This document shows positions 28,787 to 43,084 of a DNA stretch of 64,000 nucleotides, piece after piece. Made by a program: the position numbers and the translations under genes. The stretch comes from the human T2T-CHM13v2.0 reference genome, Homo sapiens. The stretch is taken from the NCBI RefSeq assembly GCF_009914755.1, contig NC_060927.1. One strand, given 5' to 3'. Positions within the stretch are counted from its first letter, which is position 1. Each line of letters begins with the position of its first letter. The notes under the pieces are model-generated. The model worked only from the letters and a program-made list of their open reading frames with translations. It was not told where the DNA came from and searched no databases.

Positions 28787-28969
28787 AATTAGAGAAGCAT
28801 TCTCCCAACTGAGTGTGGGGCCTGCCCTGGATTAACCTGGGGATGTCCTGTGGCCCCTGAGCTCCTTTCCAGGTTCTCTTCATCCTGTTCCTCTCTGCCC
28901 AGCACTCTCTCTTCCTCTAGGCCCCATCTTCCTCATTCTAGTTATGGGAGAGGGGATATTAAAGGAGCT

Positions 28970-29085
28970 CCCTCCCTCCCTTTCCTTCCTTCCTTTCTTC
29001 CTCCCTTCCTTCGTTCCTTCTTTCCTTCCTTCCTTCCTTATTTTTTTTCTTCCTTCCTCCCTGCCTCCATCTCTCCCTTCCTCCA
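28970..29085 (+). repeat. CT-rich (TTCC)n tract preceding an L2 3' end
   Basis: Polypyrimidine run followed by CATTCATTTTAACAAATGTTTATTGAG. Confidence 0.85.
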
Positions 29086-30420
29086 TTCATTTTAACAAAT
29101 GTTTATTGAGCCACTCTCCACTTGTACCAGGTGCTAGAATACAGAGGTGAGTAAGACAGATATGGCCTCTGTTCTCCAGGAGCTGGCAGCCTGGGGGTGA
29201 GCATGGAGCCAGGATAAAAAAAAAGAGAGTTTGTAAAAAAATGAGTAAGATAATTGCATAAAACAGTAACTGATGTAAAAACAATAAAAAAGGGTGATAA
29301 AATGGACAGAGGAGGGGACACTGTAAATTGTATGATCTGGGAGGCTCCCTCTGAGGAAGTGATATATGGGCAGAGACCCAACTGATAGAGAGAGGCAGCC
29401 ATGCAAAGACCCAGAGACCCCAGAAGTGGAGAGTTCCATGCCTTAGTAAAAAGTTCAGATTTTAATCCATGTTAACTTGGGTAAGTTGTTGACCTCTCTG
29501 TGCCTCAATTTTCTCATCTGCAAAATGGGGATAATATTAGTATTTGCCTTGTAGGGATAATTAAAGGAGTTATTCTAGGTTTAATGCCTAGAAGGGTGCC
29601 TGGCAACTACTAAGCCCTGTGTGAGTGTCAGCTGTCATTAATATTATGTTGCTATAAGCACAGGGGGGAAGCCCTTAGAGGCTTTAGGCAGGGGTGTAAT
29701 TTACATTTTCCAAAGGTCATTCTAGCTGCTGGGTGAAGAAGGGATCAAAGTGGAAAGTGTACAGTAGAAGAAGGTGACAGGGACTGAACCTTGGTGGCAC
29801 AGTCCGGGTGAGGTAAAAGTGCTGTGGACCTCACACTTACTGTGGACCCCAGTTCTAGGAAGCAGGCCCTGCTGTGTCCTTGTGACCAGGCCCCTATCTT
29901 GACTCCTCCCAGACATGGACCCTGCCTTATTCTCTCCCTCCCAGCCCTGGGACAGCTAGGTCTTGTTTACACTTACAGACTGTGCCCATTACCCCGTCCA
30001 CCTGCCTGTCAGACCACCATCACCTCTGGGAGCTTCTCACTGAGGCCAGCTACCTGTCTGTCACCAAAGCCTCTTCTTAGGAGGAGTCCCAACCCCTCCT
30101 ATTGATCCTTCAAACAAGTGTTTGCTGAGCACCTACTATATGCCCAAGCAGAGGTGACAAGTACACTAGACAGAGGAATGCCCAGTCCAAGTCAAGGTCT
30201 GCAGATGGGAAGAGCTTTGAGATCAGACAGGAAGAACTTTTAAGGGAGGGAACTGTATTAGGACTTTTTGGTTCAAAGTGCTGAATTAGAAAGCTAACTC
30301 AAAATGGCCTAAGCAAGAAAGGCAGTGTGTTAGCTCATGTAACTGAAAAGACCTGAGGTAGGTATTCAGGTATGGCTTGATCCAGGTGGTCTCTCTTCTT
30401 CCCTCTCAATTACTCTTTCT

Positions 30421-30421
<1 letters not shown>

Positions 30422-30451
<30 letters not shown>

Positions 30452-30729
30452 GAGACGGAGTCTAACTGTGTCACCCATGCTGGAGTGCAGTGGTGTAATC
30501 TCAGCTCACTGCAACCTCTGTCTCCTGGGTTCAAGCGATTATCCTGCTTCAGCCTCCCTACTGGGACAACAGGCGTGTGCCACCATGCCCAGCTAATTCT
30601 TGTGTATTTTTAGTAGAGACGGGGTTTCACCATATTGGTTAGGCTGGTCTTGAACTCCTGACCTCGTGAACTCCCAGCCTCAGCCTTCCAAAGTGCTGGG
30701 ATTACAGGCGTGAGCCACCGCGCCTGGCC
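30422..30729 (-). mobile_element. AluS inserted in an MLT1-type LTR (~30255-31030)
   Basis: Reverse Alu dimer; flanking ACTCTTTCTT repeat; flanks carry TGGGTCACATGCCCATCCTTGAACCAATC. Confidence 0.9.
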
Positions 30730-31059
30730 ATAATCACTCTTTCTTAATGCCTTATATCTTCTTCCCTCAGTGTCGACTTAACGCTCATGCAGGCTCCCCC
30801 CATGAGAGGCAAACATGGCTCCAGAAGCTCCAGGCCTGCATTCTATTAGCACAGCTGCCTCAGCAGAAAGGACGGACCTCATTCCCAACAGTTCTCAGCA
30901 AAAGTACCAGGAGCAAGTCTCACTGGCCAGAATTGGGTCACATGCCCATCCTTGAACCAATCGCTGTGCCTCAGATTATCTAAGTGTGAGTTTGGGAGTG
31001 GGAGTGATGCCCCAAATGAACAACAGGGTGTGACATACAGAAAAAGAGGGAATGGGCGC

Positions 31060-31545
31060 CTGCAAGTAAGCAGGTTGCAAAAATGCTTATAAATTTTTCC
31101 CCTGCCTATCCACACTTTGTTTCCATGGGACTCCTTCCAGCAACAGGTGGGTCTGTGGCTCCACTCCTTGAATCTGGGGTTGATCTTGTGATTTGCTTTG
31201 GCCAACAGGACATTAACAAAGGTGACCCAAGCAGAGGCTTGTGCACTAATAGCCACCATGTGAATAAGCCCCAGCTTGTGATCCTCCTGGGTGATCAGAG
31301 ACAGACAGCCAAGTTACCTTGCCACCCCAGCCAACATCAAACCACCTACAATACATAAGTGAGGTCATCCTAGACTATCCAGCCCCAGCCAAAGCACCTG
31401 CTTACTGCAGAGTTCAGCTCAGCCAGCCCTGACCAGAAAACTGCTCAACATACCCACGGGATCATGGCAAATAATAAATGTTTATTCTCTTAAGCCTCTA
31501 ACTGTGGGCATGGGTTGTTCCACAGCAATGGTTTACTGATGCAAT
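31060..31545 (+). mobile_element. MLT1-type LTR
   Basis: CCACTCCTTGAATCTGGG...TTGCTTTGGCCAACAG; AATAATAAATGTTTATT...AAGCC...ACAGCAAT end. Confidence 0.65.
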
Positions 31546-33499
31546 GATTAAAAACCATGGTGACCCTGTACAGGAGTCTTCCACTTGCCCGGAGCCTGGC
31601 TCAGGAGCCCCCAGATACAGAGTGGCTGGAGCCCCAGTCCTGCTGGTCCTTCATCTTTCCCATAGCCAACTCCCAGCATCCTCTCCTGCTCTGTTAGACC
31701 CCTGTGCCTGTCTCTGCTCTGCTTCCATTCTGGTGCATAATTCCGATTACGGGTGCCAGGGGCTGGCCCGTGCAACTCCTCCTGCCTCCATAGGCTCCTA
31801 GCCATTCTTCCTTACAAAGAGGCAGCCACCAACCTGCAACCATTTGAAAGGTGTGTGGCTGAGTCCTGTACCAGAAAATCTCTCCCACCATCTGTCATGG
31901 CGTCTGGACGCCCTACTTTTTTGGTTGTTAAAGCTTATTTGGTTTCCCAGAGCCCCAGAGGAGAGCTGACTGCTCCTCTGGGAGAGTGAAAGCAGGTTAC
32001 ACCTCATGTTATAGCACAAACACACTAATAGCAACTGTTTAGTCTCCCTCACTAAACCATGGGTTCCTGGAGGAGACAGAACCAGCCTTTCTCTTCCCAA
32101 CTCCTCTGTGCCCTAGCACAGCTGTGAGTGACCTGGATAGACCCCACAAATGTAGCGGGGACCCAACAAATGTTCTCTGGGTGAGTTACCCAGAAAGACA
32201 CCAAACACATGCCTGAGCCTGGGGCCCTGGGACATAGGAGTGCCAGGGCTCAGGGAGCCAAGCAAAGAACCGTTGAAAGGAGACAGAATTGTCACCAATT
32301 GATATAGTTTACAGCAACGAAGGGAACATGATGTAGAGTCACACAGACAGAAATCTGAATCCATGCTCTGTCACTTACCATCTGGTCTCGGATAAGACAC
32401 TCATTTCTCTGAGCCTTATTTTCCTCTTCTGTAAGATTGAAATAATAATGACTGACTTAGAGGGCTGTTATAAGGATTAGCTCTTTTAAAAAGGCTGGAA
32501 ATCACCTAGCAGAGCACCTGTCACATGGTGAACGGCTGCGTATGGCAGTGGGAGTTACAGTTGTAATTATTACTGTTATCATCACTAATAAATATGTTGA
32601 CCAGAGGGTACAAAGGTTAAGAGCGCCAACTCTGAAGTCAGACTGCCTGGGTCCAAATCTCAGCTCTCCCACTTGCCGTGTGTGGACTGTGGTCTCTAAA
32701 TACCATCCCCACTAAAAGGAAACAGTGTTTCTTGGAGAAATGTTTGGTTTTAGGTCTGGGGCAGGGCAGGTACAAGATGAGCCTAGAACATCTTATTGTG
32801 CCCCCAGTAAAGAAGTTGAAAACTAGTGGATGTAAGAGGCAGCTTGAACTTGCTTCTACGCACTTAAGCAATAAAAAGAACATCAATTGCAATGGATTGA
32901 AATGCACTGGATATTTTTACATCGAGAAAGTTATAATTAATCTCAGCAAAACAAAGGAAAGCCTTCATTTACTGCCACTGGGGGTTGTCATTGTATCAGC
33001 TTCTTACTCTGAAAGTTGATGAATAATAGAAAAGAATTAAGCATTTATTCCTCCTTTTCAGAATAAGCTATGTTTAGAGAAATACTAGCTCTTGTGGATA
33101 AGTATTCAATTAGTAGCTAAAACATATAGAGGAAATGATAAAATTAGAAACTCACCATTTTGCAGATTCTAATGAAATATTATTGTTTCAAGCAATGATC
33201 ACCAATGGGTGATAAAACAGTTCTGAGAGTGGTTCTTGGGGAACTGGATATGTATCAGGTCCCCAAATTATCAGGCCAACAAGTTCACTTGTTACTCACA
33301 GAGAAAGATGAGGATGAACCCACCTGAACTTATTCATCAAGTTTTTTGATCCTAAAAGTGGGCACCAAGCAGTGGGTACCTCCTGATGTGATGTAATATG
33401 AAGTGCACGTCACCTAGGAAGTGTACTCTCCAAAAATGGTGAAACTGAATCTAATCAAAGGTGTAGATCCAACTTGCCATTTAAAAGACATACAGAGTA

Positions 33500-33821
33500 G
33501 GATCAGGCAGGGTGGCTCACGCCTGTAATCTCAGCACTTTGGAAGGCCAAATATGATCCCAGGAGTTTGAGACCAGCCTGGGCAACGTAGTGAGATTCAG
33601 CCCCCACCCCAGTCTCTACCAAAAGAAAAAAAAATACAAAAAATTAATCAGGGATGGTGGTGCACACCTGTAGTCCTGGCTACTCAGGAGGCTGAGGTGG
33701 GAAAATCATCTAAGTCCAGAAAGGCAAGGTTGCATTGAGCCGTGATTGCACCACTGCACTCCAGCCTGGGCGATGGAATGACACCCTATCTCAAAAAAAT
33801 AAATAGAATAAAATAAAAAAA
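33500..33821 (+). mobile_element. AluJ within a decayed L1MC/ME 3' region (~32690-34310)
   Basis: Alu dimer with internal deletion, A-rich tail, flanking ACATACAG repeat. Confidence 0.85.
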
Positions 33822-35439
33822 CATACAGGGGAGGACAGCAACCAGTGAACTGACAACTCAAGGAAGCAGTCAGGCAAATGCTGGTTGTGGGGCATTTCAC
33901 CAGAAAACAAGCTCAGCCAGTCATGACGGGGCATACTCTAGAAAAATTAAGAGACAATACTCATTAGACGGGATGCTGATTTGAACAAAGCAACTTTTAA
34001 ATGACATTTTTGGAACAATCAAGGAAAATGGAATATGGATTAGGTAACATGTTATTGAGAAATTGTCATTAGTTTTATTCAGTGTGATCATGAGATTGTC
34101 ATCATTATGCAGGAAAATGTCATTTTTAGAGACATATACTGATATGTTTCAGGGTAAAATGTCATGGTGTTAGCGATTTTTTTGAAATTCAAAAACAGAG
34201 GTAAAGCAAACTCATAAAAATGTGAATAATTTTTAAAACTAGATGATAGACATAATGGGTTAACTGTGCTATTCTCTGCATTCTGTAAATCTGAAAATTT
34301 TGATAACAAAAATTAGAGGCTGCTTACCCTGCCTGCCATCTTACAAATGACCACATGAGGGCAGCAGAGTATCAGGCTGGATGTGGGCTCACGCTTTGAG
34401 AGGGAAACGCAGATAGGCGATCATCCCACTCATGCGTAATTTATTTACTTCTCATCTTTTCTTCTAACCCATCATTTAGTAAGCACTATGTGCAGGGGCC
34501 TGTGCTGGGCCTATAGGGGACAAAATGTCGAATTCACCCGATCTGGGATCCTGCAGCCACATATATTATGTCTGTATCTGGAGGCCAAGGAAGGGATGGT
34601 GACCAGGAACCTCTGTCCTGCTGGGTCTACCAGAAACACAGGTATCTCTGTGTTTGGCATCACTGGAAATGGAGACCTTGGCCAGACATGTTGGAAACAA
34701 AGAAATTAATGTGGGGAATGGAGGTAGCTGGCCACTCATGTTGTGTGAGTTGATCTGCATGCATTGGGGTTTACCACTTACTACTGTGATCTTGGGAAAA
34801 TTACTTTACCTCTCTGAACCTCACAGGACTAATAATAGTTTATATCTTATAGCTGTCTGTTGCAAGAGAATGAGACTGTCTATGAAAAATTGCTTAAAAC
34901 AGTGCCTAGCACATAGTAAGTGCTCAAGATGAACATATTTACCTGTCTATATGGAGAAAATGGTGAATGCAGCTTTGGGACTGGGGCACTGGAATCAAGA
35001 CTCTCCAAAAGGCAAGATCACAACTATAGCAGCTACATTTATTGGGGGTTTCTCTGTGTCAGATGCTGTCCCAACAGCAAGCCTACAAGGCAGGGCTGTT
35101 ACTGTCCCTACTTTAGAAATGAGAACTGAAGTGTTCACTTTCCCGAGGTCTTTCAGTGAGAAAGGAGGGAAGCTGGGATTTAAACCCAGGCAGCCTAGCC
35201 TTGGAGTCCTCATTCATATCCACCAGGGTGGCTGTACTCCTTTTTGGGGATGGGTGCTGTGGAAAGACAAAGCATTTACCTGGAGACAGGGGTCCTGCAG
35301 TCGACAGGGGCCTGTGGACCTGGGGAAGGGATGCGAGAATGTCCATGCTATGAATGTGTTTCTCAAGAGTGTCCTCTGGAGACTGGAGCTCTTGATAAGC
35401 TCTCTGGGCTTTGCCTGCTCAGCATCTTTGTTCTTTCTT

Positions 35440-35593
35440 TCAAGAGGCAGGATCGCACTCTGTTGCCCAGACTAGAGGGCAGTGGTGTGATCACAGCTCA
35501 CTGCAGCCTCAAACTCCTGGGCTCAAGTGAGATCCTCCTACCTCAGCCTCCCAAGTAGCAGGAATTACAGGCTCACGCCACCATGCCTGCCTC

Positions 35594-35637
<44 letters not shown>

Positions 35638-35757
35638 TGTAGTGACAGAGTCTCACTATGTTACCCAGGTTGGTCTCAAACTCCTACCCTCAAGTGAACC
35701 TCCCTCCCTACCTCCCAAAGTGCTGGGATTACAGGAGTGAGCCACCACACCTGGCCC
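35440..35757 (-). mobile_element. AluJ with a (TG)~20 microsatellite replacing the middle linker (35597-35636)
   Basis: Reverse Alu arms on either side of a TG repeat. Confidence 0.9.
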
Positions 35758-35769
35758 CAGCATCATCCT

Positions 35770-36300
35770 TCCAATAATAGAACTCATCTATTCATTTTGG
35801 GAAACAGCCCTTAATCTACTCTCAACCATGTGGTCAGGCAAGGCTAATCCCAAATCTAGCTCAAGACTGGGCAAGTAGCCAGATCTGGTCAATGACAGTA
35901 AGACCCACCCTCCACTGAGTGATTGGTTCATGGTAAGCATGTGACTCAAGCTAGGCCAATCAGAGGCAATCCTGGGACTCTGACTCATTCACTGGGAAAG
36001 AGAGACAGTTTTTTCTACTGGGGTAGCTAAATGCTAGGACGCAAGTCTAGAACTGCTTTGGGCCATCTTTGCCATCACTTGAGAAGAATCAGCCTGAGAG
36101 TACAGTGTGAAGGAACGCAGGGCTGAGAAGTGGAGAGACCCAATCCTGTTGACATCCTTGGAATACTTGGGCCCAGCCTGCTTAAATCCATTTTTATCTC
36201 TGGACTTTTCATACAGATGGGGGCAAAAAGCATGCCTTGTGATACAAACCAGGCTAAGTTGGGTTGTTGTCACTGGTAACCAACCAAGTCCTTAATACAT
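35770..36300 (+). mobile_element. MLT1-type LTR
   Basis: GTGATTGGTTCA...GCATGTGACTCAAGCTAGGCCAATCAGAG; GGCCATCTTTGCCATCAC. Confidence 0.6.
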
Positions 36301-36648
36301 TTCTCGACAGCATGGTATAAAGCAAAAAGGGTCATGCTATTTATCAGAAGATTAAAGACCTCTAAGCACTAGTTTATGTCCAGTTACAATAACTGGCAAA
36401 TGAAGAAGGAAAATCTTGTTCCACGGATGACTGGACTCTGAGTTGCCCGGGAAGGGAAGTCTGCAGCTCTGTGACATGCAGGGGCCATTGATCTCCATGT
36501 TAGGAGGAATTTGAATCAATCTCTCAGTGGGTCAGACGGACCATGTGTGGATGTCTGGATGGAGAAGGGAAGCAGAGCTGGAAGTCCGGAAACATCACTG
36601 AATGGGGGCACTCAAGGCTCCGAAACACTAATAATAATACTTCCTCCT

Positions 36649-37024
<376 letters not shown>

Positions 37025-37126
37025 TCATGACATAGCATCGTGGCCCCTGCAGCACTTTAATCCTCAATTATCATGCAAGCCCTCCGTTGTTAAAAAGTGG
37101 CTGTGGTCCAGAGCCAGAGATGATGA

Positions 37127-37448
<322 letters not shown>

Positions 37449-39320
37449 TAACAATAATAAGTAGAATCAAGTAATGCCCCTATTGCAACCTTCCAAGGGC
37501 TTCTCATTGTTCTTAGAATAACTTCAAAATGATCACCATGGCTCAAAAGGCCCTGCCTGTGTTCTTCTCGACAGCTGTCCTCACATCTCTCACCCCCTCA
37601 GCTCCAGCCACATGGCCTTCTCCATTCTTCTCCTGTGCCAATCTCTTTCTCTTCATGTGCCTGCCTGGTCACCCCTTGGCATGGTGGTCTCCTTCTCAGG
37701 CTTTTCCCAGTTTAAACTCCCCTCCTCAGAGAGGCCGGCCCAACCTCTCAGTCTAAAGCAGATTCTAGTATTCTTCCTCCCCATGCCCTGGGTGTTTCTG
37801 GCTTTGTGGTTGTCATTATCTGTCGCCAGCATTTGGCCATAAGCTCCATTGGGATCTTGGTCTGCTTGGTTCAAAGCTGCATCCCAGAATAACACTTGGC
37901 ACACAGTAAGTTTCAAGAACTGTTTGTTAAATGAGGGAATGACCACCAAAGATATGACTTTGTTTAGCTACCAAGCCCACCTCACTCAGAAATGGCACTT
38001 TCCCCCTAGTTGTAGGTGAATATTCATTTCATCCATAAATAATTATTGAGTACCTACTATGTGCTAGACACCCTACTACCATCTCGAGACAGTATGGACA
38101 AGATAGACAAAACTCCAGATTTTCTGGAGCTTACATTCTGGATTGAGGGAGACAGACTACACATAAAGAAACAAATCAATTCCAATGATGATAAGGGCAA
38201 TGAAGAAAATAAAACATATTAACCTCATGGTGACTGCTTTAAGCAAGGAGGTCAGGGGAGGTGTCTCTGAGGCAGTGAGGAGTGGTTGGGAGACCTGATA
38301 CTAGGTTCTCTGGGTATCAGAGGAAGGTCCCAGGCCTTTTTAGCCACCCCACAAATCCCAGCCTGGAGTCCAGTATGGAGCCGGCCCCGGGCCTCCAGTG
38401 TGAGGCTGACCTGCTTTCTGGGGTGGCTGAAAAGGCCTGGGAAGTTCTTGTCCTCTCTCTGCCTCTTCTTGGCATCCCTTTATTTAAACACAAACCTCCA
38501 CTCACTGCCCAAAAGAAAACTGCCACTTCTGCTGCTTCCAGGGGCAGCAGTGGGGGCGTGTTGAGGAGGATGTAAGGTGTTGGGGGTTGGGGGGTTCTGG
38601 GCGGGGGGGTCTCTTACTCCCGCCTCACCCCCATCCTTCTCCACAACCCTCCACTGCAAAAGCTCCTCTTCAGGCTACTCCAAGGCCATGCCTCGCTGCT
38701 TGCACTGAGGCAGCAGTGGGGTCCTTTCTAGACTTCCCTGCTTAGGGGTGGAGGCAATTGTCTGGCAGGCTGTTCCTAGGAGGCCTTTCCCCAACCCCCG
38801 CACAGCTCTTTCTCTAGGGAATTTCCCAACATAAAATGCTCCCTCGTGTTAGAGGCAGGATCTGACCCTTGGCTGCAGCCTGGGGCAGGATGGCCTGGTG
38901 AAACCCTGTATCCATCCTTGCTCCTTCTTTGGGGGCTGTGTGAGCAGCCGATGACCACCCACCCCACCACAGCACCCCCCATGCCAAGGGGGCGCAAACT
39001 CCCTCTGGGTGAGGTATCTTGGGTCAAACACTCCCAGTTTGGTGAAGCTGTCTGTTTCAGATCACACCCAGTGTCCTGCCTCATCCTCAGGCCTAAGAGA
39101 GAGAATGGAGACCCAGCTCCAGAGTGAGACTGCCTAGTTCTGAACCCCAACTCCGTGATGCCTAAGTAGTGTGTCCCATGGCAAGTTACTTAGCCTGTCT
39201 GTACTATTTCCTCGTAGGTTAAGCTGGAGTAACATTAGTATCTGCTTTAAAGGGTGGTTGAGAGGACTAATGAGTTGGCCTTTATATGTGAAGGGGCTTA
39301 GAACACAGTAAGTGCTCTAA

Positions 39321-39633
<313 letters not shown>

Positions 39634-41458
39634 CCTTTTTTGTTTTAATTGCAAGAAGCAGAAATCGCACTCAAGTTACACCAGGTAAGGAGGGCTTGAA
39701 TGTAAGGTCTCCCAGTGAGGAATAGGCACTGGGGCAGGTACTCAACCGGGGGTTCTGGCTCTCTCTAGGGACTGGATGGCTTTGCTCTCGAAGCCTGTGA
39801 TCTCTGCCATTGGCTTTGCCCATTGGTTTTGTCACTGTGCTCTCAGAGTCTCATCCCTAGTGACGTCAGCCTCCCTATGGTGCAGAAGGGCCACCTCTCT
39901 GCCTCCGACCTCCTCGTTGTTGTGGGCTCTCATCTTCTGGTCTCCTGCTTACAGGGCCTGTCATTTTGTTACTTCTGGGTCAAGCTTCCCAAGAAAGGTC
40001 ATCTGCAGGTCCAGCTTTGCCAAGGGCCATGGTGACTAACCAATCTACCATCAACTGCTGTTGCATCAGCTGCCATCCTTGGCTCAATCCAATGGAGTCA
40101 GGGGGTAGGGTAGCACAATATCAAACATGGTCGTTAAGGGAGTTCCCTTTAGAAAGCAGAGGGGATGTGGTGGGGCTGGTGGCCCTCCCCTATGTGTGCT
40201 TCTGCAGCCTTCAGCCAAGGCACTGAGTGAGCCCTCAGAGCTGGAGGAAATAATCAAGGTCAGCTTCCCCAACCCCCTTGTTTTACAGATGAGGATACTG
40301 AGGCCCAGACAGGGGAAGAGACATTCCCCAAATCTGGTAGCCAATGAATGGCAGAATCCCACTGAAGCTTTTTCCTTAGAGCTCCTTCGGTTCAGTCACT
40401 CATCAGATGCCCAACAACCTGCTCTTTCTGTCTGCAGAGCATGGAGATGAAGCAGAAACTCTTTAAGGAGCAGAAGCAACCATGGATGAACACAGCAGCC
40501 TTTGCTGATTGCCTGGATGGTCCAGGGATGTTACGTAGATCATCCACTCCAGACCGCAAACAACCCTGTGGAGCAGAGCCTTCTTAGCCCTGTGTTCCTG
40601 AGGAAATGGAGGCTCCAGGAGGTTTTGTCACTTGCTAAAGTCAACCAGCTGATACAAGCCGGTGCTGGGATCCACACTCAGATCTGTCTGAATCCAGAGC
40701 CTTTGCACTTACACCCATGACTGAAGCTCGTCCAAATCACCCAGCCAGTGTGAAGCATGGGAGTGGGAGATGCTTGGGGTGGGTGGAGGGAGAGTGGCTG
40801 GGGTCTAGGGAGCATGGGCCAGGGTCCAGGAAAGCCAGAGACCCTTTCTCTCCCTCAATGTGATCCTGGGACTTGGGACAAGCCCTGGATCTTCTCTGTT
40901 CCTCAGTTTCCCCATCTGTAAAATGAACATCCCATCTAATATAATTTATATGTTCTTGGGAGAGTTGGAGTAGAAAAAGGGGAAAATAGAAAATGTTCTC
41001 AACAACAGTAAAGACACATGTGGCACTAATGCAAGGAATCGATAGTAAGTATTCTCAATGTTAGGGCTTAAAAGAAATGGATGAGTAACAGAGCTATCAT
41101 AGGTTCCTGAGAGAAGCTGAGATAGACCTTACTCCTAAGGTGGTTGTCAAGGCAAGCAGACCTCCCTGCAGCTAGGCATTTGGGGGCCATGGAATTCTTG
41201 CTGGCCTGAAAGTGCTTTAAGTCCCTGCATTTTGAACTCCCTGAGGATCAGTCTTCTCATTTATTAACTGGGGGTGCTAGCAGAATCTACTCCCACAAGT
41301 TGTTTGTAAGAATTCAATGAGGCAAGGCATGTGAAGTGCTTGGTAATGTGTCAACATACAGAATGCACTTGATGGATGTTAACTTTATTATTGTGAAGTC
41401 AATGTACAGTCCATGGACAAGGACAAAATTCTACATATTTGCGTGAGCATTTTTCTAG

Positions 41459-42005
41459 TGTATCAGTTAGCTATTGCTGCATAGCTAACTACCCTAAAAC
41501 TGAGAGACTGAAAACCATCACCATTTATTATTTTTCATGGGCAGCCCCAAAATCTCCTTTGGGCAACTTGTATTCTTCCCTGATGCAAAGTCTTGGTGGG
41601 GTTGACACCACCCTTCAAAATACAGGTTGCTTAAGGCCATTTTTCTATTCCATCCCCTTGGTCTGCTTTTGGGATAAACCTGTGGCTTAATTCTGGTCAG
41701 TGAGAATCAGACCCAAGACTACTGAAGCTGAGGAGGTGCAGGTAGTGGAAGCTTCAGCAGCCACTGGGCAACCACAAAATATCAGACAAGCTGTCTGAGC
41801 ATAAAGTCAACCCAGAGAGCTGAGCAGAGCCAACCTGAAAGAAGAGAACTGCACCCCGGAGACAACACTCACATCGTCACATCATCCTGGGTTTGAAGCC
41901 ATTTCTAGACTGGAGTTTCCACCCATGTGAGCCAATAAATTCTCTTTTGCTTAGGGCTGTTTGGGTTGAATAGTTTGTCGTTTGCAAACAAAAAATTCCT
42001 AAACA
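41459..42005. mobile_element. MLT1-type LTR fragments
   Basis: TGTATCAGTTAGCTATTGCTGCATA terminus; ATGTGAGCCAATAAATTCTCTTTTGCTTA motif. Confidence 0.6.
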
Positions 42006-42974
42006 GATGTGCAATGGACAATCCAGCAATGGTCTATGCTTTGTGGCTGACAAAATAGTCAAGTTGCTAAAATCTGCCCTTTGTGCCTCTGTGGGTTAGA
42101 GACACTGTTCTATTTATCATTGAGTAAAAGTCGATCTTAGAATTCTAGAGTGATCATTTTGTGCAATTAGACTGTATGCAACTTGAGGAAAGGAACTGGG
42201 GCTCATCATTCTGTGTCCCCAGCAGCTAACTTGAGGCAAGTTGCATAAAAAGGTGCTAAGGTGCTTCATACACGCTTGTTGAATGAATGAGAGGCTCCTG
42301 ATTTGAAGCTTTCAAATGTGTACTGTTGCTATGAGCAAGTAAACAGATTATGGAACACATACAAAGTTTAGCCTCTTAGAAGGTTAGTAGTTTGAATGTG
42401 TCCCCCAAATTTATGTGTTGGAAACTTAATACCCAATGCAATAATCTTGGGAGAGGGCACCTAATAAGAGGTGACTGGTTCATGAGGGCTCCACCCTCAT
42501 GAATCAATTAATGTCATTGCCATGGGCATGGGATTGTTATCATGACAGAAGGTTATAAAAGAGTCTGCCCCTCACACTGTCTCTTTTGCCCTTCTGCCTT
42601 CCACCATGAGATGGCCCTAGCCAGATGCTAGTGTCATGTTCTTGGACTTTCCAGCCTCCAGAACCATGAGCCAAATAAGCTGTTTTTCTTTATGAATTAC
42701 CCAGTCTGTTCTATTCTGTTACAGCAACAGAAAATAGACTAAGACATTTTCATAGCAGAGGAGTCTGGAATTCGCAAGAGACCATCATTGAGTGATGAGC
42801 ATTTTTGGTGGGAATGAGTCACTGAGGCTGCAAGGAGGCCCTTCCATGAAGATCCAGCAGAGGTTTAATCAGAAAGAGAGACTGAAAATCATCACCATTT
42901 ATTATTTTTCATGGGCAGCCCCACAATCTCCTTTGGGCAACTTGTATTCTTCCCTGATACAAAGTCTTGGTGGG
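41502..42974 (+). repeat. 99 bp direct duplication: 41502-41600 and 42876-42974
   Basis: 96/99 identical by hand count; visible in the ORF track as near-identical peptides (YYFSWAAPxSPLGNLYSSLxQSLGG). Confidence 0.95.
42385..42747 (+). mobile_element. MST/MLT1A-type MaLR solo LTR
   Basis: GTTTGAATGTGTCCCCCAAATTTATGTGTTGGAAACTTAAT ... ACAGAAAATAGACTAAGACA. Confidence 0.8.
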
Positions 42975-43084
42975 ATATAAAGGCCCTGGAGTATTTCTTG
43001 ACTGCAGCAAGCAGCAAGCTACCTTCATCATGAAATCCTGCCCCTAATCCTGCTGTAATGAGTACAATGCTCAAATCAGAGGCA

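Noticed and set aside
34951-35475. 174 aa plus-strand intergenic ORF
   Set aside because: Made partly of MIR and Alu sequence; no domain, splice structure or promoter support
39861-39868. Perfect CRE TGACGTCA
   Set aside because: Isolated 8-mer in probable old LTR sequence with no supporting context
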